Shown one piece after another: positions 47,650 through 57,023 of a stretch of 64,000 bases of DNA. This DNA comes from a virus. Lineage: Duplodnaviria; Heunggongvirae; Uroviricota; Caudoviricetes. Position numbers and translations under genes: made by a program. Position 1 is the stretch's first letter; each line of letters begins with the position of its first letter. The DNA is taken from positions 32,001 through 96,000 of IMG/VR virus record IMGVR_UViG_3300012943_000028; one strand, 5' to 3'. Below the pieces are notes generated by a model. The model ran no database searches. It worked only from the letters and a program-made list of their open reading frames with translations, and was not told where the DNA came from.

Positions 47650-50347
47650 TGTTGCGCTCCGAAAGAACCTTACCTTCTTCAATGCTCTCGTCCCACTCAC
47701 CGAACACTCGATCACCAGCGCTGGCGATGATGGTGGTCTTCTCACCTTCCATCTTTGCACGGAACTTGATGTCCTTTGCGTGAGCTGGGAATGACAGCTT
47801 GATGATCTGCTTCCAGTCAGCATAGTTGGTGTAGACTGACTCGTCGAACACGTTGGTCGTGTGCATGATGCGCTTGAGCTTCTTGATCTGAGAGCCCTTC
47901 ATGAAGATCACAGTGTCGTGTGGATAGTTCTTCTTTGCGCGGGCCTTGTCAGCATCACTCTTAACACGATCGTGGATGAACACGGTGTCATTACGATTGG
48001 ACTTTGTTGTGGCGTATTCTTCGTCGTCTGCGATATCCTTAACGCTTCTTAGCGCTTCGGTAGTAACCGCGTCCTTCACACCCATCTCGTGAGCTGCTGT
48101 TCCCTCAGCGTCGGTACGATCGTCAGTGTGGTAATCAGCCTCTTCCTGATGCTCGCCATTGGCGTAGAACTTGACGATGAACTCGTCCCAATCTCTATCT
48201 CTGTAGACCTTTGCCATGCGCTTTCCATCTGGGCTATGGATGGTCTTGATGAGCTTCTGTGCCTCGTCAATGATCTCCTCAGAGACCTCTTCAGCAGGAA
48301 CGACCTTTGCATCAACGACGCTTGGGTAATATGCACCACGATCAGTGTAGACACGGCCTGAGCTACCTTCATGGTGGCCTGGTGCCCAGTCCTTGATGGT
48401 GTGCTCTTCACCACGGAAGTCCTTCACCTTGTCGCCAACCTTGAGAACCTTACCGTCCTTGTCAACAAGGCGATGGGTCTTCTGGAAGTTGGCCTCAACA
48501 ATGGTGGTGTCGATTGGAACAAAGCGCTGGCCTGGCTTGAGCAGCCACTGCCTGTTGTTGATTGCAGCGTCGTCCTCGGCTTCCTTCTTTGACTTGTAGC
48601 GCCAAGCCTTTTCTGGCTTCTTCGTCAGCTCCTGATCGTCAGAGACGTAGTAGCCCTTGACCTTACCACCCTGGCGAAGACCAAGAATCCAAACGTCCTT
48701 GACACCTTCAAGAATAGGACGTAGCTTCTTTAGGAAGTCCTGCTCATCGCCACCATCATTGATGACGTTGAGCGCGCGGGTTGCAAGGCCTGGACGAATA
48801 GCATTGAGTTCAGCGCGGGCCTTCTTTAGCGCATCATCATCTTCCATTCCATATGCGCTGGCCATAGCAGAGAATGCCTTCAGTGCCTTCTTAAGGTTTA
48901 TCTCAGCAGAGCTGGCAGCCTCATTGAGGGTATCACGATACAGCGATGCCTCATCGTCAAACACGGTGAGCTTCTTGAGAGCGTTGAAAACCTTGGCGGC
49001 GCTCTTCTCACTGGAGAGAGCTGCGACCTGTTCACGTGCTGCCTTCTGCTCGCTCTTGTCAAGGTGGCGGATGCCTGCCTTAGCGATGTTCAGGAGGTAG
49101 CGAATGGCAGCTGCGTCATTTGCGAAGTATGCTTCATCGTCAGTGCGACTATTGTGGAAGATGAAGAACTTTGCCTCGTTCAGGGATTCTGCAAGCTTGC
49201 CCCAGTTGTGGGACACATGCTCTTCGGCCTGAGATGCGTCGAAGAATGGACCCTCGATCTCGATGCTGCGTGGGTAGCTGCGACCGATGGTATCACGAAT
49301 GTCGTCAGGCGTGAGGAACGCCTCGTATGAGTGGCCCCAGCGGTATTCAGGCTTGCCCTTATATGGCTTCTCGTGCCACTTGCCACCGTGTTCCTTGCTG
49401 ACGAGGCCGATCCATGGACGCTCTTCGTCATGATCATAGAACGCGAGGTAGAACTTGTTCTCATCACCCGTGGCAACAACTTCCTTCTCCTTGGCCTCAC
49501 GCTCGGTGACGTCCTTGGAATGGAATGGGTGATCACCACCGTCGTCAAGCTTAACGACGACGAGCTTCTTGCCGTTGTCCTTGAACTTAACGATCTTGCC
49601 TGGCTCGCCCTTGAACTGGACGTCACCAGAAATTACGACCTCATCACCAAGCTCGAGCTGGTCGGCGGTGCGGCGGCCAGACGTATCATCGTCTGAGCTA
49701 TCGTCATCATCCGAATCGGAGCTGTCGACGCCAACATCGTCGCTATCGTTTGCAACGTCAGCAAGAGCGGACGTTGATGCTGGCTTTGCTGGCTCTTTCT
49801 TCACCTCAGGCTTTGGATCATCGAGATCGCCAATGGCCTCAGCGATGTTCTTTGGGTCGAGGTTGTGAGTGTGAACGAGGTTGTTGTGATCGAGGAGCTT
49901 GTCGATCGCTTCGTTCTTTGACTTGAGATGGTCCCACTTCTTCTTTGACGCGTCGTCAATAGCGTGCCAGCCAGCCTTGTCCTGGTAGACGTGACCGATG
50001 TGGCGACCCTTGAAGCTGACGTTGAAACCCTGGGCAGCGTTGTCCTTCGTCACCTTGACGTGAAGGTTCACAAGTTTGGCCTCGCCAACGGTTGCAGGGC
50101 CAGCAACTGACGAAACGTCAGTGCGCACCTGAGTTGGCTCTGTTGTCTTCTTTCCGGCATCATAGCCTGCCATGTAGGCAGCAGCGATGGATTTCTCCAT
50201 GTTCGTGGTATCGATTGCGCTACCACCGCTTGCGCCGTGCCTGAAGCCGGCGGCATATGAACGCGAGTGTGCTAGGTCCTTGGTGAATTCAGCAGGAATG
50301 TGTCCAGTTTCCTGGATGAGATCAACAAGTTCTTTTAACAGGTTCAT
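47642..50347 (-). CDS. 901-aa putative internal head polyprotein
   Basis: MNLLKELVDLIQET start; about nine spaced [ILVFT]xE[ASG] motifs; TAAATA upstream. Confidence 0.65.
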   Translation of the reverse strand: MNLLKELVDLIQETGHIPAEFTKDLAHSRSYAAGFRHGASGGSAIDTTNMEKSIAAAYMAGYDAGKKTTEPTQVRTDVSSVAGPATVGEAKLVNLHVKVTKDNAAQGFNVSFKGRHIGHVYQDKAGWHAIDDASKKKWDHLKSKNEAIDKLLDHNNLVHTHNLDPKNIAEAIGDLDDPKPEVKKEPAKPASTSALADVANDSDDVGVDSSDSDDDDSSDDDTSGRRTADQLELGDEVVISGDVQFKGEPGKIVKFKDNGKKLVVVKLDDGGDHPFHSKDVTEREAKEKEVVATGDENKFYLAFYDHDEERPWIGLVSKEHGGKWHEKPYKGKPEYRWGHSYEAFLTPDDIRDTIGRSYPRSIEIEGPFFDASQAEEHVSHNWGKLAESLNEAKFFIFHNSRTDDEAYFANDAAAIRYLLNIAKAGIRHLDKSEQKAAREQVAALSSEKSAAKVFNALKKLTVFDDEASLYRDTLNEAASSAEINLKKALKAFSAMASAYGMEDDDALKKARAELNAIRPGLATRALNVINDGGDEQDFLKKLRPILEGVKDVWILGLRQGGKVKGYYVSDDQELTKKPEKAWRYKSKKEAEDDAAINNRQWLLKPGQRFVPIDTTIVEANFQKTHRLVDKDGKVLKVGDKVKDFRGEEHTIKDWAPGHHEGSSGRVYTDRGAYYPSVVDAKVVPAEEVSEEIIDEAQKLIKTIHSPDGKRMAKVYRDRDWDEFIVKFYANGEHQEEADYHTDDRTDAEGTAAHEMGVKDAVTTEALRSVKDIADDEEYATTKSNRNDTVFIHDRVKSDADKARAKKNYPHDTVIFMKGSQIKKLKRIMHTTNVFDESVYTNYADWKQIIKLSFPAHAKDIKFRAKMEGEKTTIIASAGDRVFGEWDESIEEGKVLSERNNG

Positions 50348-50374
50348 GTGAAAGAAGCTCCTATCAGTGTTCTG

Positions 50375-50380
50375 TATTTA
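50375..50380 (-). promoter_or_regulatory. late-type promoter motif TAAATA
   Basis: Directly upstream of the 901-aa gene and its AGGAG RBS. Confidence 0.6.
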
Positions 50381-50412
50381 TTTGAGCGGCAGGCTATCGG
50401 CAGCCCGGGAGC

Positions 50413-50898
50413 TCAAACTTGCTTCTTTTCACCGTCCACGGTGACCATCTTGAGGATTTCTTCACGGCTGGCGATGACCACGTTGGTCGTACTGCGCCCG
50501 CCACCTGACCCATGAGGCACGAACACCTGGTTGGCACGCTTGCGATCTACCTTCACACGGGCTCGGCTGTTTGCGGCCTGAAGAGCTAGGTTCAAGAAGT
50601 TTGCTGCCACCTCAGCATTGCGAGCTGCATAGCGTGGGTCGATGATCTCGATGTGGGCCGTCTGGTTCGTGTACGCATCCATCGCTGCATCGTACACAGA
50701 GTCAAGGCGCTGCTCAACAAGAACGTCGTCAGCGTCCTTTGGGTCTGGGGCTGGAGTGTCGCCTGCAGCAGGTGTGAGCGCAGTTCCTGGCTGAGGCTGG
50801 CCTGCTGGCACCTCTGCAACTGCGTACTGTGTTTCAATGTCGATCACGTCGTCCGCATCAACGTTGAACACCTGATCTAGTGGGTGTTGCTGGCTCAT
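50413..50898 (-). CDS. probable terminase small subunit (T4 gp16-like)
   Basis: PRYAARNAEVAANFL helix and TNVVIASREEILKM tail; size and location. Confidence 0.6.
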   Translation of the reverse strand: MSQQHPLDQVFNVDADDVIDIETQYAVAEVPAGQPQPGTALTPAAGDTPAPDPKDADDVLVEQRLDSVYDAAMDAYTNQTAHIEIIDPRYAARNAEVAANFLNLALQAANSRARVKVDRKRANQVFVPHGSGGGRSTTNVVIASREEILKMVTVDGEKKQV

Positions 50899-51371
50899 CT
50901 TGTTCCTCCTGTCTTACGTGTTGGTCGAGTACCACGCGTTCTCTTTGTCTGGCGCGTGGAGTTCGACTTAAACAAATCTCTTTCCGTCACTACCCTGAAG
51001 CGCGCGCCGATCGATTTTGCAAAGCGATCGGCAACGGCCCATTTGGCAGCGTTCTTGACGAGCTGAAGCTTGTCATACGTTGCTCCTGCCTTTTCAAGGA
51101 TTGTCTCCTTGATTGGTTTCAGCTCGATAAGATCAACGCTTCCATCTCTATACTGCACCAGAAAATCTGGCCAGTACTTGTGCATCTTCTTGTCTAGAGG
51201 GTTCAGATAGCTGATATTTAGCGTCTTCGGTTCACTGATCCACTTTACAACAAGCGGAGAATTGTCCAGCTTCTGCATGTAGAAAAGTTCCCACTTTGAG
51301 CGGGCCATGATGCGTCGAGAATCGCCTGCGTATTTGTCAGGATTCCTGCACGTGTACCGGTAGCTTGCCAC
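50895..51371 (-). CDS. head completion nuclease gp4/TnsA-like (copy 2)
   Basis: NPDKYAGD..IMARSKWE, WISEP, Y.PDF, IELKP, NAAKW. Confidence 0.85.
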   Translation of the reverse strand: MASYRYTCRNPDKYAGDSRRIMARSKWELFYMQKLDNSPLVVKWISEPKTLNISYLNPLDKKMHKYWPDFLVQYRDGSVDLIELKPIKETILEKAGATYDKLQLVKNAAKWAVADRFAKSIGARFRVVTERDLFKSNSTRQTKRTRGTRPTRKTGGTR

Positions 51372-51795
51372 GTTTTACTCCCTGGAAGAAGATCGATTTC
51401 TCGGTCAACACCAAAAATTCCATTCCATTCTGCTCACAAAAAATCTGCGCAGCTTTCCATTTTGCATTGTTCACAATGAGGGCCTCTTTGGCACGCTCAT
51501 GCTTTGCGTATTTTTCCTCAGCCTCATGGCGAGGTTTGATCTCTATCACCCAGTGCTTTACAACGCCATCCTTGTCTTTGATCTTTGCAAAGAAGTCTGG
51601 GATGTACGTATGCACTTGACCATCTGTCGGCTTGATGTATGCGATCTTGATCTCTTCACTTCCCCATTTTTCAACTGCTGATCTGCTGTCTAACCAGATC
51701 ATCACTCTGTGCTCCCATGAGGAGCGCCACATGATGTTCTCAGCGTCACCTACGTACTTCTCAGGAAAGCGAGGTATGAAACGTCCGTATGCCAT
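51337..51795 (-). CDS. head completion nuclease gp4/TnsA-like (copy 1)
   Basis: PEKYVGD..IMWRSSWE, WGSEE, YIPDF, IEIKP, NNAKWKAA. Confidence 0.88.
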   Translation of the reverse strand: MAYGRFIPRFPEKYVGDAENIMWRSSWEHRVMIWLDSRSAVEKWGSEEIKIAYIKPTDGQVHTYIPDFFAKIKDKDGVVKHWVIEIKPRHEAEEKYAKHERAKEALIVNNAKWKAAQIFCEQNGMEFLVLTEKSIFFQGVKRGKLPVHVQES

Positions 51796-53084
51796 TATGA
51801 CTGCGACTTAGTTGAACCACCCGCGCTGTTGTCGGTGACAGGAGGTGGCTTTGGGGCCACGATGCCATCAGCAATGCCGTTGCCAGCAGTGCGCAGCGTC
51901 TTGGCGGCCTGGGTGCCGAGCGTACCGCTAAGCAGCGACGTTGCATTTGCAAGCTCGCCACCAGCAATACGTCCTAGACCAGACTTGTGGATTTCGTTTG
52001 AGATGGTTGTTTGGATCATGCGACCGCCCTGGTTGGCGATGATGTTGATGAACGGTGATGCCATCGTTCCACCAAGACCACCAGGCTGCGTTGGACCATT
52101 GAGACGGATGCCGCCCGCTGGAGCCTCGCCAGAGAGAATGTCGTTGATTGCCATGAGACCCGTCGCTGATCTCTCAATCGTGTCTGCGATAACACCAGTC
52201 TGCATGTTCAGCGCATCAAAGTCGAACTTGCAGTTCAGCATGTTCGGTGTATTTCCATTCTCATGATCTTGATCATCAAGATCAAACGATGAGATGCGCG
52301 GGTTCGTGAACGTAAACACGTTAGCGTAGATGGCCTGCCTGATCTGTGTTCCTTGCAGGTTCGTGTTCGTGCGGTTGAGATAGTACTGCTCAATCGTCAG
52401 TGAGCGGAGGATGTCTTTAGACTCCATGCCGTTCAGTGCCCTGATGGCAGCACGCATCGATGAATCATTTCCACCGATTGTGTCGGCGAATGCAAAGCCA
52501 TAGTCTTCAAGTGGGGCGTCAGTCGACCACTTACGGCGGGCGAGTGGCTGCAGAATCTGCAGGTACACGTTCATGAACTTGATGGCGTTGTTTGCCACGT
52601 CATCGTAGAACGAGAATGAGAGCTCTTCATGGTTGATGCGCTTTAGAACCTTCGTTCTGAAGTTGTACATGTTGACCTCTTCGTACTCGAGCGTGTACTT
52701 AGGCATGTCAATCTGTTTGACGATGTAAGTGATGTCACGGTCGAGCGAGTGCTCAACGTCCAGGCCAAGAGTTGCAGCAATGCGCTTTGCGGCCTCATGA
52801 AATTCGAAGCGTACCTTGAAGAGGAACTTGTTCTTTGGGTCGTAGCCACCAGCGCCAGATGCGATGACAGCTGCATACTTTGTGGTGTTCCAATCACCGT
52901 GCGTTGCAATGCGATCACGCGGGATAGGGTTGACGTTCTGGTTGATCGTCGTTCCGTTGTTGGTACCGAAGATACCACCGAGAACATTACCGGTTTGGTT
53001 CGTTACTGCAGCACCAAACGTGCGAAACGCCTGGGCCTCCAGCGCCACGCCGGTTGACGAAAGTAGTCCTGAGATATCTGGCAT
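51795..53084 (-). CDS. tail tube-like baseplate/tube-junction protein
   Basis: PKNKFLFKVRF, VKQIDMPK...VNMYNFR, FSFYDD; follows the tube operon. Confidence 0.65.
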   Translation of the reverse strand: MPDISGLLSSTGVALEAQAFRTFGAAVTNQTGNVLGGIFGTNNGTTINQNVNPIPRDRIATHGDWNTTKYAAVIASGAGGYDPKNKFLFKVRFEFHEAAKRIAATLGLDVEHSLDRDITYIVKQIDMPKYTLEYEEVNMYNFRTKVLKRINHEELSFSFYDDVANNAIKFMNVYLQILQPLARRKWSTDAPLEDYGFAFADTIGGNDSSMRAAIRALNGMESKDILRSLTIEQYYLNRTNTNLQGTQIRQAIYANVFTFTNPRISSFDLDDQDHENGNTPNMLNCKFDFDALNMQTGVIADTIERSATGLMAINDILSGEAPAGGIRLNGPTQPGGLGGTMASPFINIIANQGGRMIQTTISNEIHKSGLGRIAGGELANATSLLSGTLGTQAAKTLRTAGNGIADGIVAPKPPPVTDNSAGGSTKSQS

Positions 53085-53134
53085 GGCTTAACTGGCCTCC
53101 GCTGCTCAGGTATTTATACGTGCCGGAAATGACA

Positions 53135-53156
53135 AAGGGCCCATTGCTGGGCCCTT
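53135..53156 (-). terminator. intrinsic terminator after the tube operon
   Basis: AAGGGCCCA/TGGGCCCTT stem. Confidence 0.7.
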
Positions 53157-53175
53157 GACGTCTTAGTGCAGTCGC

Positions 53176-53601
53176 TTACAGTACTACAGCTGGGGTAGTA
53201 GCTGTGGTTACCGTTGTAGAACCGGCTGCGTTCGTTGCAGTTACCTTTGCGTACAGACCGAAGCCAACGTCGCCAGGGACTGGCGTGTAGGTTGCAGTAG
53301 TAGCAAGAACAGTCGTTGGGCTGTTCGAGTTATACCATGCGTAGGTGTACGTGATGGTTGCGCTACCGGTCCAGGTGCCGTTGCCGACAGTCTGAAGCTC
53401 ACCAGTTTCTGGTGCACCGACCCAACCAGTGATGACTGGAAGAACAGTGTTGGCTGGAAGAACTGGAGCTGCGGCACCTGCAAGGGCGTCGAAGTCAAAC
53501 TTCCAATCCTGCTTTGCGTCTTCCTTGAAGTTCGTCTTGTAGTCTGCCTTGAGACCCTTGACTGAGTTGAGAAGAACTGCGATTTTACCTGCTGCTGGCA
53601 T
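53176..53601 (-). CDS. Ig-like virion accessory protein
   Basis: PANTVLPVITG...GTWTG...YTYAWY...TYTP..GDVG....KVTATNAAGS. Confidence 0.75.
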   Translation of the reverse strand: MPAAGKIAVLLNSVKGLKADYKTNFKEDAKQDWKFDFDALAGAAAPVLPANTVLPVITGWVGAPETGELQTVGNGTWTGSATITYTYAWYNSNSPTTVLATTATYTPVPGDVGFGLYAKVTATNAAGSTTVTTATTPAVVL

Positions 53602-53617
53602 GTGTGTCTCCTAAGTG

Positions 53618-54208
53618 TTAGAGCTGACCAGCGAGGGCAGTGCCGTAACCCTGGCCTGTGAGAATCTGGCGGGCGTGGTCGAAGCGAACCGAAAGTTCGA
53701 TCGTGACTGCGTCCGAGCTTGAAGAGTCGAGCTGACCGTAGTTGACGGACTTGATGAAGCAACCCTCAACGAGCCACTTCTCAACAATACCCTCATCACC
53801 GTCGAGCTGCTCGAGCGTCATGCCGAACTTGTAGTCGGAACCAGTTGCAGCGCTGTTGAGCCACTGACCTGGGAGATCACCACCGACGAGGCGCTGCTGC
53901 GTCTCGAGCTGACCCTGAATTGCGGCAGAAGCCAGACCCGTAAGATCGTCCTCGACCGTGAGGGCGAGTGGTTCCCATGAGTACTTGCCTGCAACGTATG
54001 CAGTGCTGTTGTAGCGGTGAATTGGAACTTCTTCGAACGAAAGCTGTGGACGATCGATGACAGTTGCCTGACGGGTAAGGTCACGCGATGTTGCGGCTGG
54101 CACAAGGCGTGCAAGGTTGGTGAAGGTCACCTGCCAGCGGTACTTCTGCTTTGGCTGCAGAATACCAAAACCAGCCTGTGGTACACCCATCTGTGAAAGA
54201 GTTGCCAT
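53618..54208 (-). CDS. tail tube protein (gp19-like)
   Basis: LQPKQKYRWQVTF, RPQLSFEE, AGKYSW, W.VEGCF, LSVRFD; downstream of the sheath. Confidence 0.88.
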   Translation of the reverse strand: MATLSQMGVPQAGFGILQPKQKYRWQVTFTNLARLVPAATSRDLTRQATVIDRPQLSFEEVPIHRYNSTAYVAGKYSWEPLALTVEDDLTGLASAAIQGQLETQQRLVGGDLPGQWLNSAATGSDYKFGMTLEQLDGDEGIVEKWLVEGCFIKSVNYGQLDSSSSDAVTIELSVRFDHARQILTGQGYGTALAGQL

Positions 54209-54303
54209 TGTGTCTCCTTGATTGAATCTTTTGAGCGAGTATTGCCGCTCGTGCGTCTTCTCTATTTATGTGGGTCGTAAGATTTTGGCGCCCGGGCACC
54301 AGG

Positions 54304-54660
54304 TCAGGTGAGGTTCTCGAGCTTGTATTTCGTACGGTTGACCAGGGACATGAACTCATCCCACTGGTTGACGATGAAGGTGTCAGCTGGGTTCAGCTGG
54401 GTGCGAACACCCTCTGCCCAAGCAGCAACACCACGGATAAAGGAGATGGCGTCAGATGAAACGAACGCTGGCGGTGTACCAAGCTTGACATCAACTGGTG
54501 CGTAGCGACCAGCGTACGACTCTGCCAGTTCATCGGCAAGGTCAACGATCTTGGTGTAGAAGTCGCCGAGAGCGATGTGCTGGGCGAACGAGCGGGTGCG
54601 GAGGTGCAGGGTGTGTGCGATGTCCCTAGCATTGAAAAGCTGAGCGATAATCTCGTTCAT
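54304..54660 (-). CDS. ferritin/Dps-like four-helix protein (DUF5856-like)
   Basis: AHTLHLRTRSFAQHIALGDFY....DELAESYAG...TKYKL. Confidence 0.75.
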   Translation of the reverse strand: MNEIIAQLFNARDIAHTLHLRTRSFAQHIALGDFYTKIVDLADELAESYAGRYAPVDVKLGTPPAFVSSDAISFIRGVAAWAEGVRTQLNPADTFIVNQWDEFMSLVNRTKYKLENLT

Positions 54661-54662
54661 AG

Positions 54663-55040
54663 TTACTCTTCGTCTTCGTCTTCGTCTTCGTCTTCATCTT
54701 CTTCGTCAGTATGGTCGAGAGCCAGTTCAATGACGCGCTTTGCGTGTGAATCTTCCGCAGAGTAGAACTTAATGTTGCCAACCTGGATAGTGTCGCCATC
54801 GTGGACGTACTCAAAACCGCCGTAGTAGTCGAGTGACTTGGCGTGCTTCGTTGCGACCCAATGCTCGGTCACGTAGACGGTGCCGGCGCGCGGGTCGAGG
54901 CCGATCTGCTTTCCTGAGAAAGTCTTCACACCGCTGAGGAAACCCTCAGCGGTGGATTCGATATCATCTCTAACTTGTTCAAAGTCAGAGTCATGAGCCT
55001 CTTTCAGAAGCTTATTTGCAGCAAACTGTATGAGCTTCAT
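54663..55040 (-). CDS. hypothetical protein with acidic (ED)n tail
   Basis: MKLIQFAANKLLKEAH start; (GAAGAC)n repeat near 54668-54705. Confidence 0.65.
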   Translation of the reverse strand: MKLIQFAANKLLKEAHDSDFEQVRDDIESTAEGFLSGVKTFSGKQIGLDPRAGTVYVTEHWVATKHAKSLDYYGGFEYVHDGDTIQVGNIKFYSAEDSHAKRVIELALDHTDEEDEDEDEDEDEE

Positions 55041-55053
55041 CTACAAATCTCAA

Positions 55054-56901
55054 TTAAGGCATTGCTGCGCCGGTTGAGAGGACGCGGATTGGGATGTAGA
55101 TGAACTCTGCGGCCTTGACTGGCTTGAGAGCTACGTCCATGATCAGCTGGTTGTTGTCGATGACGGCTGGCGTGTTGTTCGACGTGTCGCACAGCGTTAC
55201 GAAGTCGTAGAGACCGCGCTTTGCCATGACGTCGTTCAGGAAGCTGTCAGCAACTGCCTTGAGGTTGTCACGAGTGACCTTGTCATTTGGCTCGAAGACG
55301 AATGGGAAGGCACCCTTGCGGAGAGCGCGCTTGATGTACATGACTTCACGTACAACGTTGACACGGTCAAGCGCAGAGGCTGCAGCTGCCGACGTCTTCT
55401 GGCCCCAGACGATGAGACCCTGACCAGGGAAGAACACGATTGGGTTGATGTTCTTGTAGTTTTCGTACAGGATGTCACGCTGACCCTGGTTGAGGTTGAG
55501 CTCAACGAAGGTAGTTGGCTCGCCGAGATCGCCAGATACGTAGCCGACCTTTGCGACGCCAGTGACTGAACCACGTGACACACCGGCTGGAGCAAACCAG
55601 ACGTATGAGAGGTTGTCGCTGTAGGCGTACGTGCGGAGAGCGATGCCTGAAGCGGCGATCGCAACCTCTGCACCATCGAGGTTCGATGCGAGACCTGCTG
55701 GGTAGTAGTACGCAACGTTGGTGCCAGACTTGCGGCCAGTCGTGACAGCCCAAGCGGCAGTCTGCTCAGCAGTGAGGGTCATTGGCGTGTCAGCGATGAC
55801 GAAGGCTTCATCATTGATGTCTGTCGAAAGAGCGAGCAGCTCGTCGACAACTTCTGGATAACCAGGAGCGACGATGAGGTTGTACTCGAAGATTTCCGAG
55901 CGAACTTCGGTGTTGCTGTTGATTGCAGCTGAGAGAGCGGTCGTGATGGACACGCGCTTTGCTGCATCGTCGGCACCAAGTGGGTTGAACACGTTGATCT
56001 CAGAGAGGGTGAGGGTGAACTCGTCGGTTGCGACGAATGCAGTCAGACCCGCAGTGATGAGGAACGTGATGTGGCTCGTACCATCGGTGAACGTGGTACC
56101 GACGGTGCCGGTGCCAAGAGGACCAGAGATAGAACCTTCAACAGTGAATGCTGTTGGCGAGGTGAACGTGACCGTGATGTCCTCAGCGACTGCGTCGACG
56201 AGAGGAGAAATTTCGGTCATGGTGCCGTTGCCGACACCAACGTAGGTCGTTGCTTCGTACACGAGGTCAAAGGTGAAGTAGTCGCCTGCAGAGAAGGCCG
56301 TCATACCGGCGGTGACCGTGAAGTTGACCTTGCTCGAGGTGAATGGTGTGCCAACCGTGCCGAAGCCGATGATACCAGAGAGTGAACCCTGAACCGTGAA
56401 GGCTGTAGCAGAAGTCATGATGACGTCGATTGATTCTGGCTTTACGAAGGCTGAGGTGGCGGTGATCGAACCGATCGTGCCGTTACCCACGCCGACGCGC
56501 ACAGCGGTGGTTGCCACTGGAACACCGATACCGATGAAGGTCTCAGCTGCGTCAGTGAGGTCAACGTTGGCGCGCACTACGTATGCAACGTTGCCAACGC
56601 CGAGGAACTGGTTGAGTGCAAACAGGCCGTACTCGTTACGAGCATCGCCGTGGAAGGCGTTACCAGAGTTGTCGGTCCAGAAGTATGGAACGCCGTAGAG
56701 CTGCACTGACTGGCCGATCGAGGTGACCGTACGAACAACGTCGTGTTCCTCAGTACCTGCAGCAGGAGTGATTCCGTCTGGCTGAGTCTTGTTTGCGCGC
56801 GTGGCTACGAACAACAGTGGAACTGTTGGAGCTGCGGCTGGGATGTAGAACGACTCGTTGATAACGGTTACGCTCACACCTGGGCTTACGAGGGATGCCA
56901 T
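55054..56901 (-). CDS. contractile tail sheath protein (gp18-like)
   Basis: LVSPGVSVTVINES, WFAPAG..RG, INPI, WGQKT, LDRVNV, FEPND, P.KAAEFIYIP. Confidence 0.95.
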   Translation of the reverse strand: MASLVSPGVSVTVINESFYIPAAAPTVPLLFVATRANKTQPDGITPAAGTEEHDVVRTVTSIGQSVQLYGVPYFWTDNSGNAFHGDARNEYGLFALNQFLGVGNVAYVVRANVDLTDAAETFIGIGVPVATTAVRVGVGNGTIGSITATSAFVKPESIDVIMTSATAFTVQGSLSGIIGFGTVGTPFTSSKVNFTVTAGMTAFSAGDYFTFDLVYEATTYVGVGNGTMTEISPLVDAVAEDITVTFTSPTAFTVEGSISGPLGTGTVGTTFTDGTSHITFLITAGLTAFVATDEFTLTLSEINVFNPLGADDAAKRVSITTALSAAINSNTEVRSEIFEYNLIVAPGYPEVVDELLALSTDINDEAFVIADTPMTLTAEQTAAWAVTTGRKSGTNVAYYYPAGLASNLDGAEVAIAASGIALRTYAYSDNLSYVWFAPAGVSRGSVTGVAKVGYVSGDLGEPTTFVELNLNQGQRDILYENYKNINPIVFFPGQGLIVWGQKTSAAAASALDRVNVVREVMYIKRALRKGAFPFVFEPNDKVTRDNLKAVADSFLNDVMAKRGLYDFVTLCDTSNNTPAVIDNNQLIMDVALKPVKAAEFIYIPIRVLSTGAAMP

Positions 56902-57023
56902 CTGTGTTTCTCCTTAGTGATCTCTTTTGCGACAGGCTAGGCCATGTGGCTGTTGTCTGGCGGTATTTATCCCAGGACCGGGTCCGGTGCTAGAATTTGG
57001 CTGCCTTTCATACCCCTGGCTGC

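Noticed and set aside
54668-54705. (TCTTCG)n hexamer repeat
   Set aside because: It simply encodes the acidic ED tail of 54663..55040.
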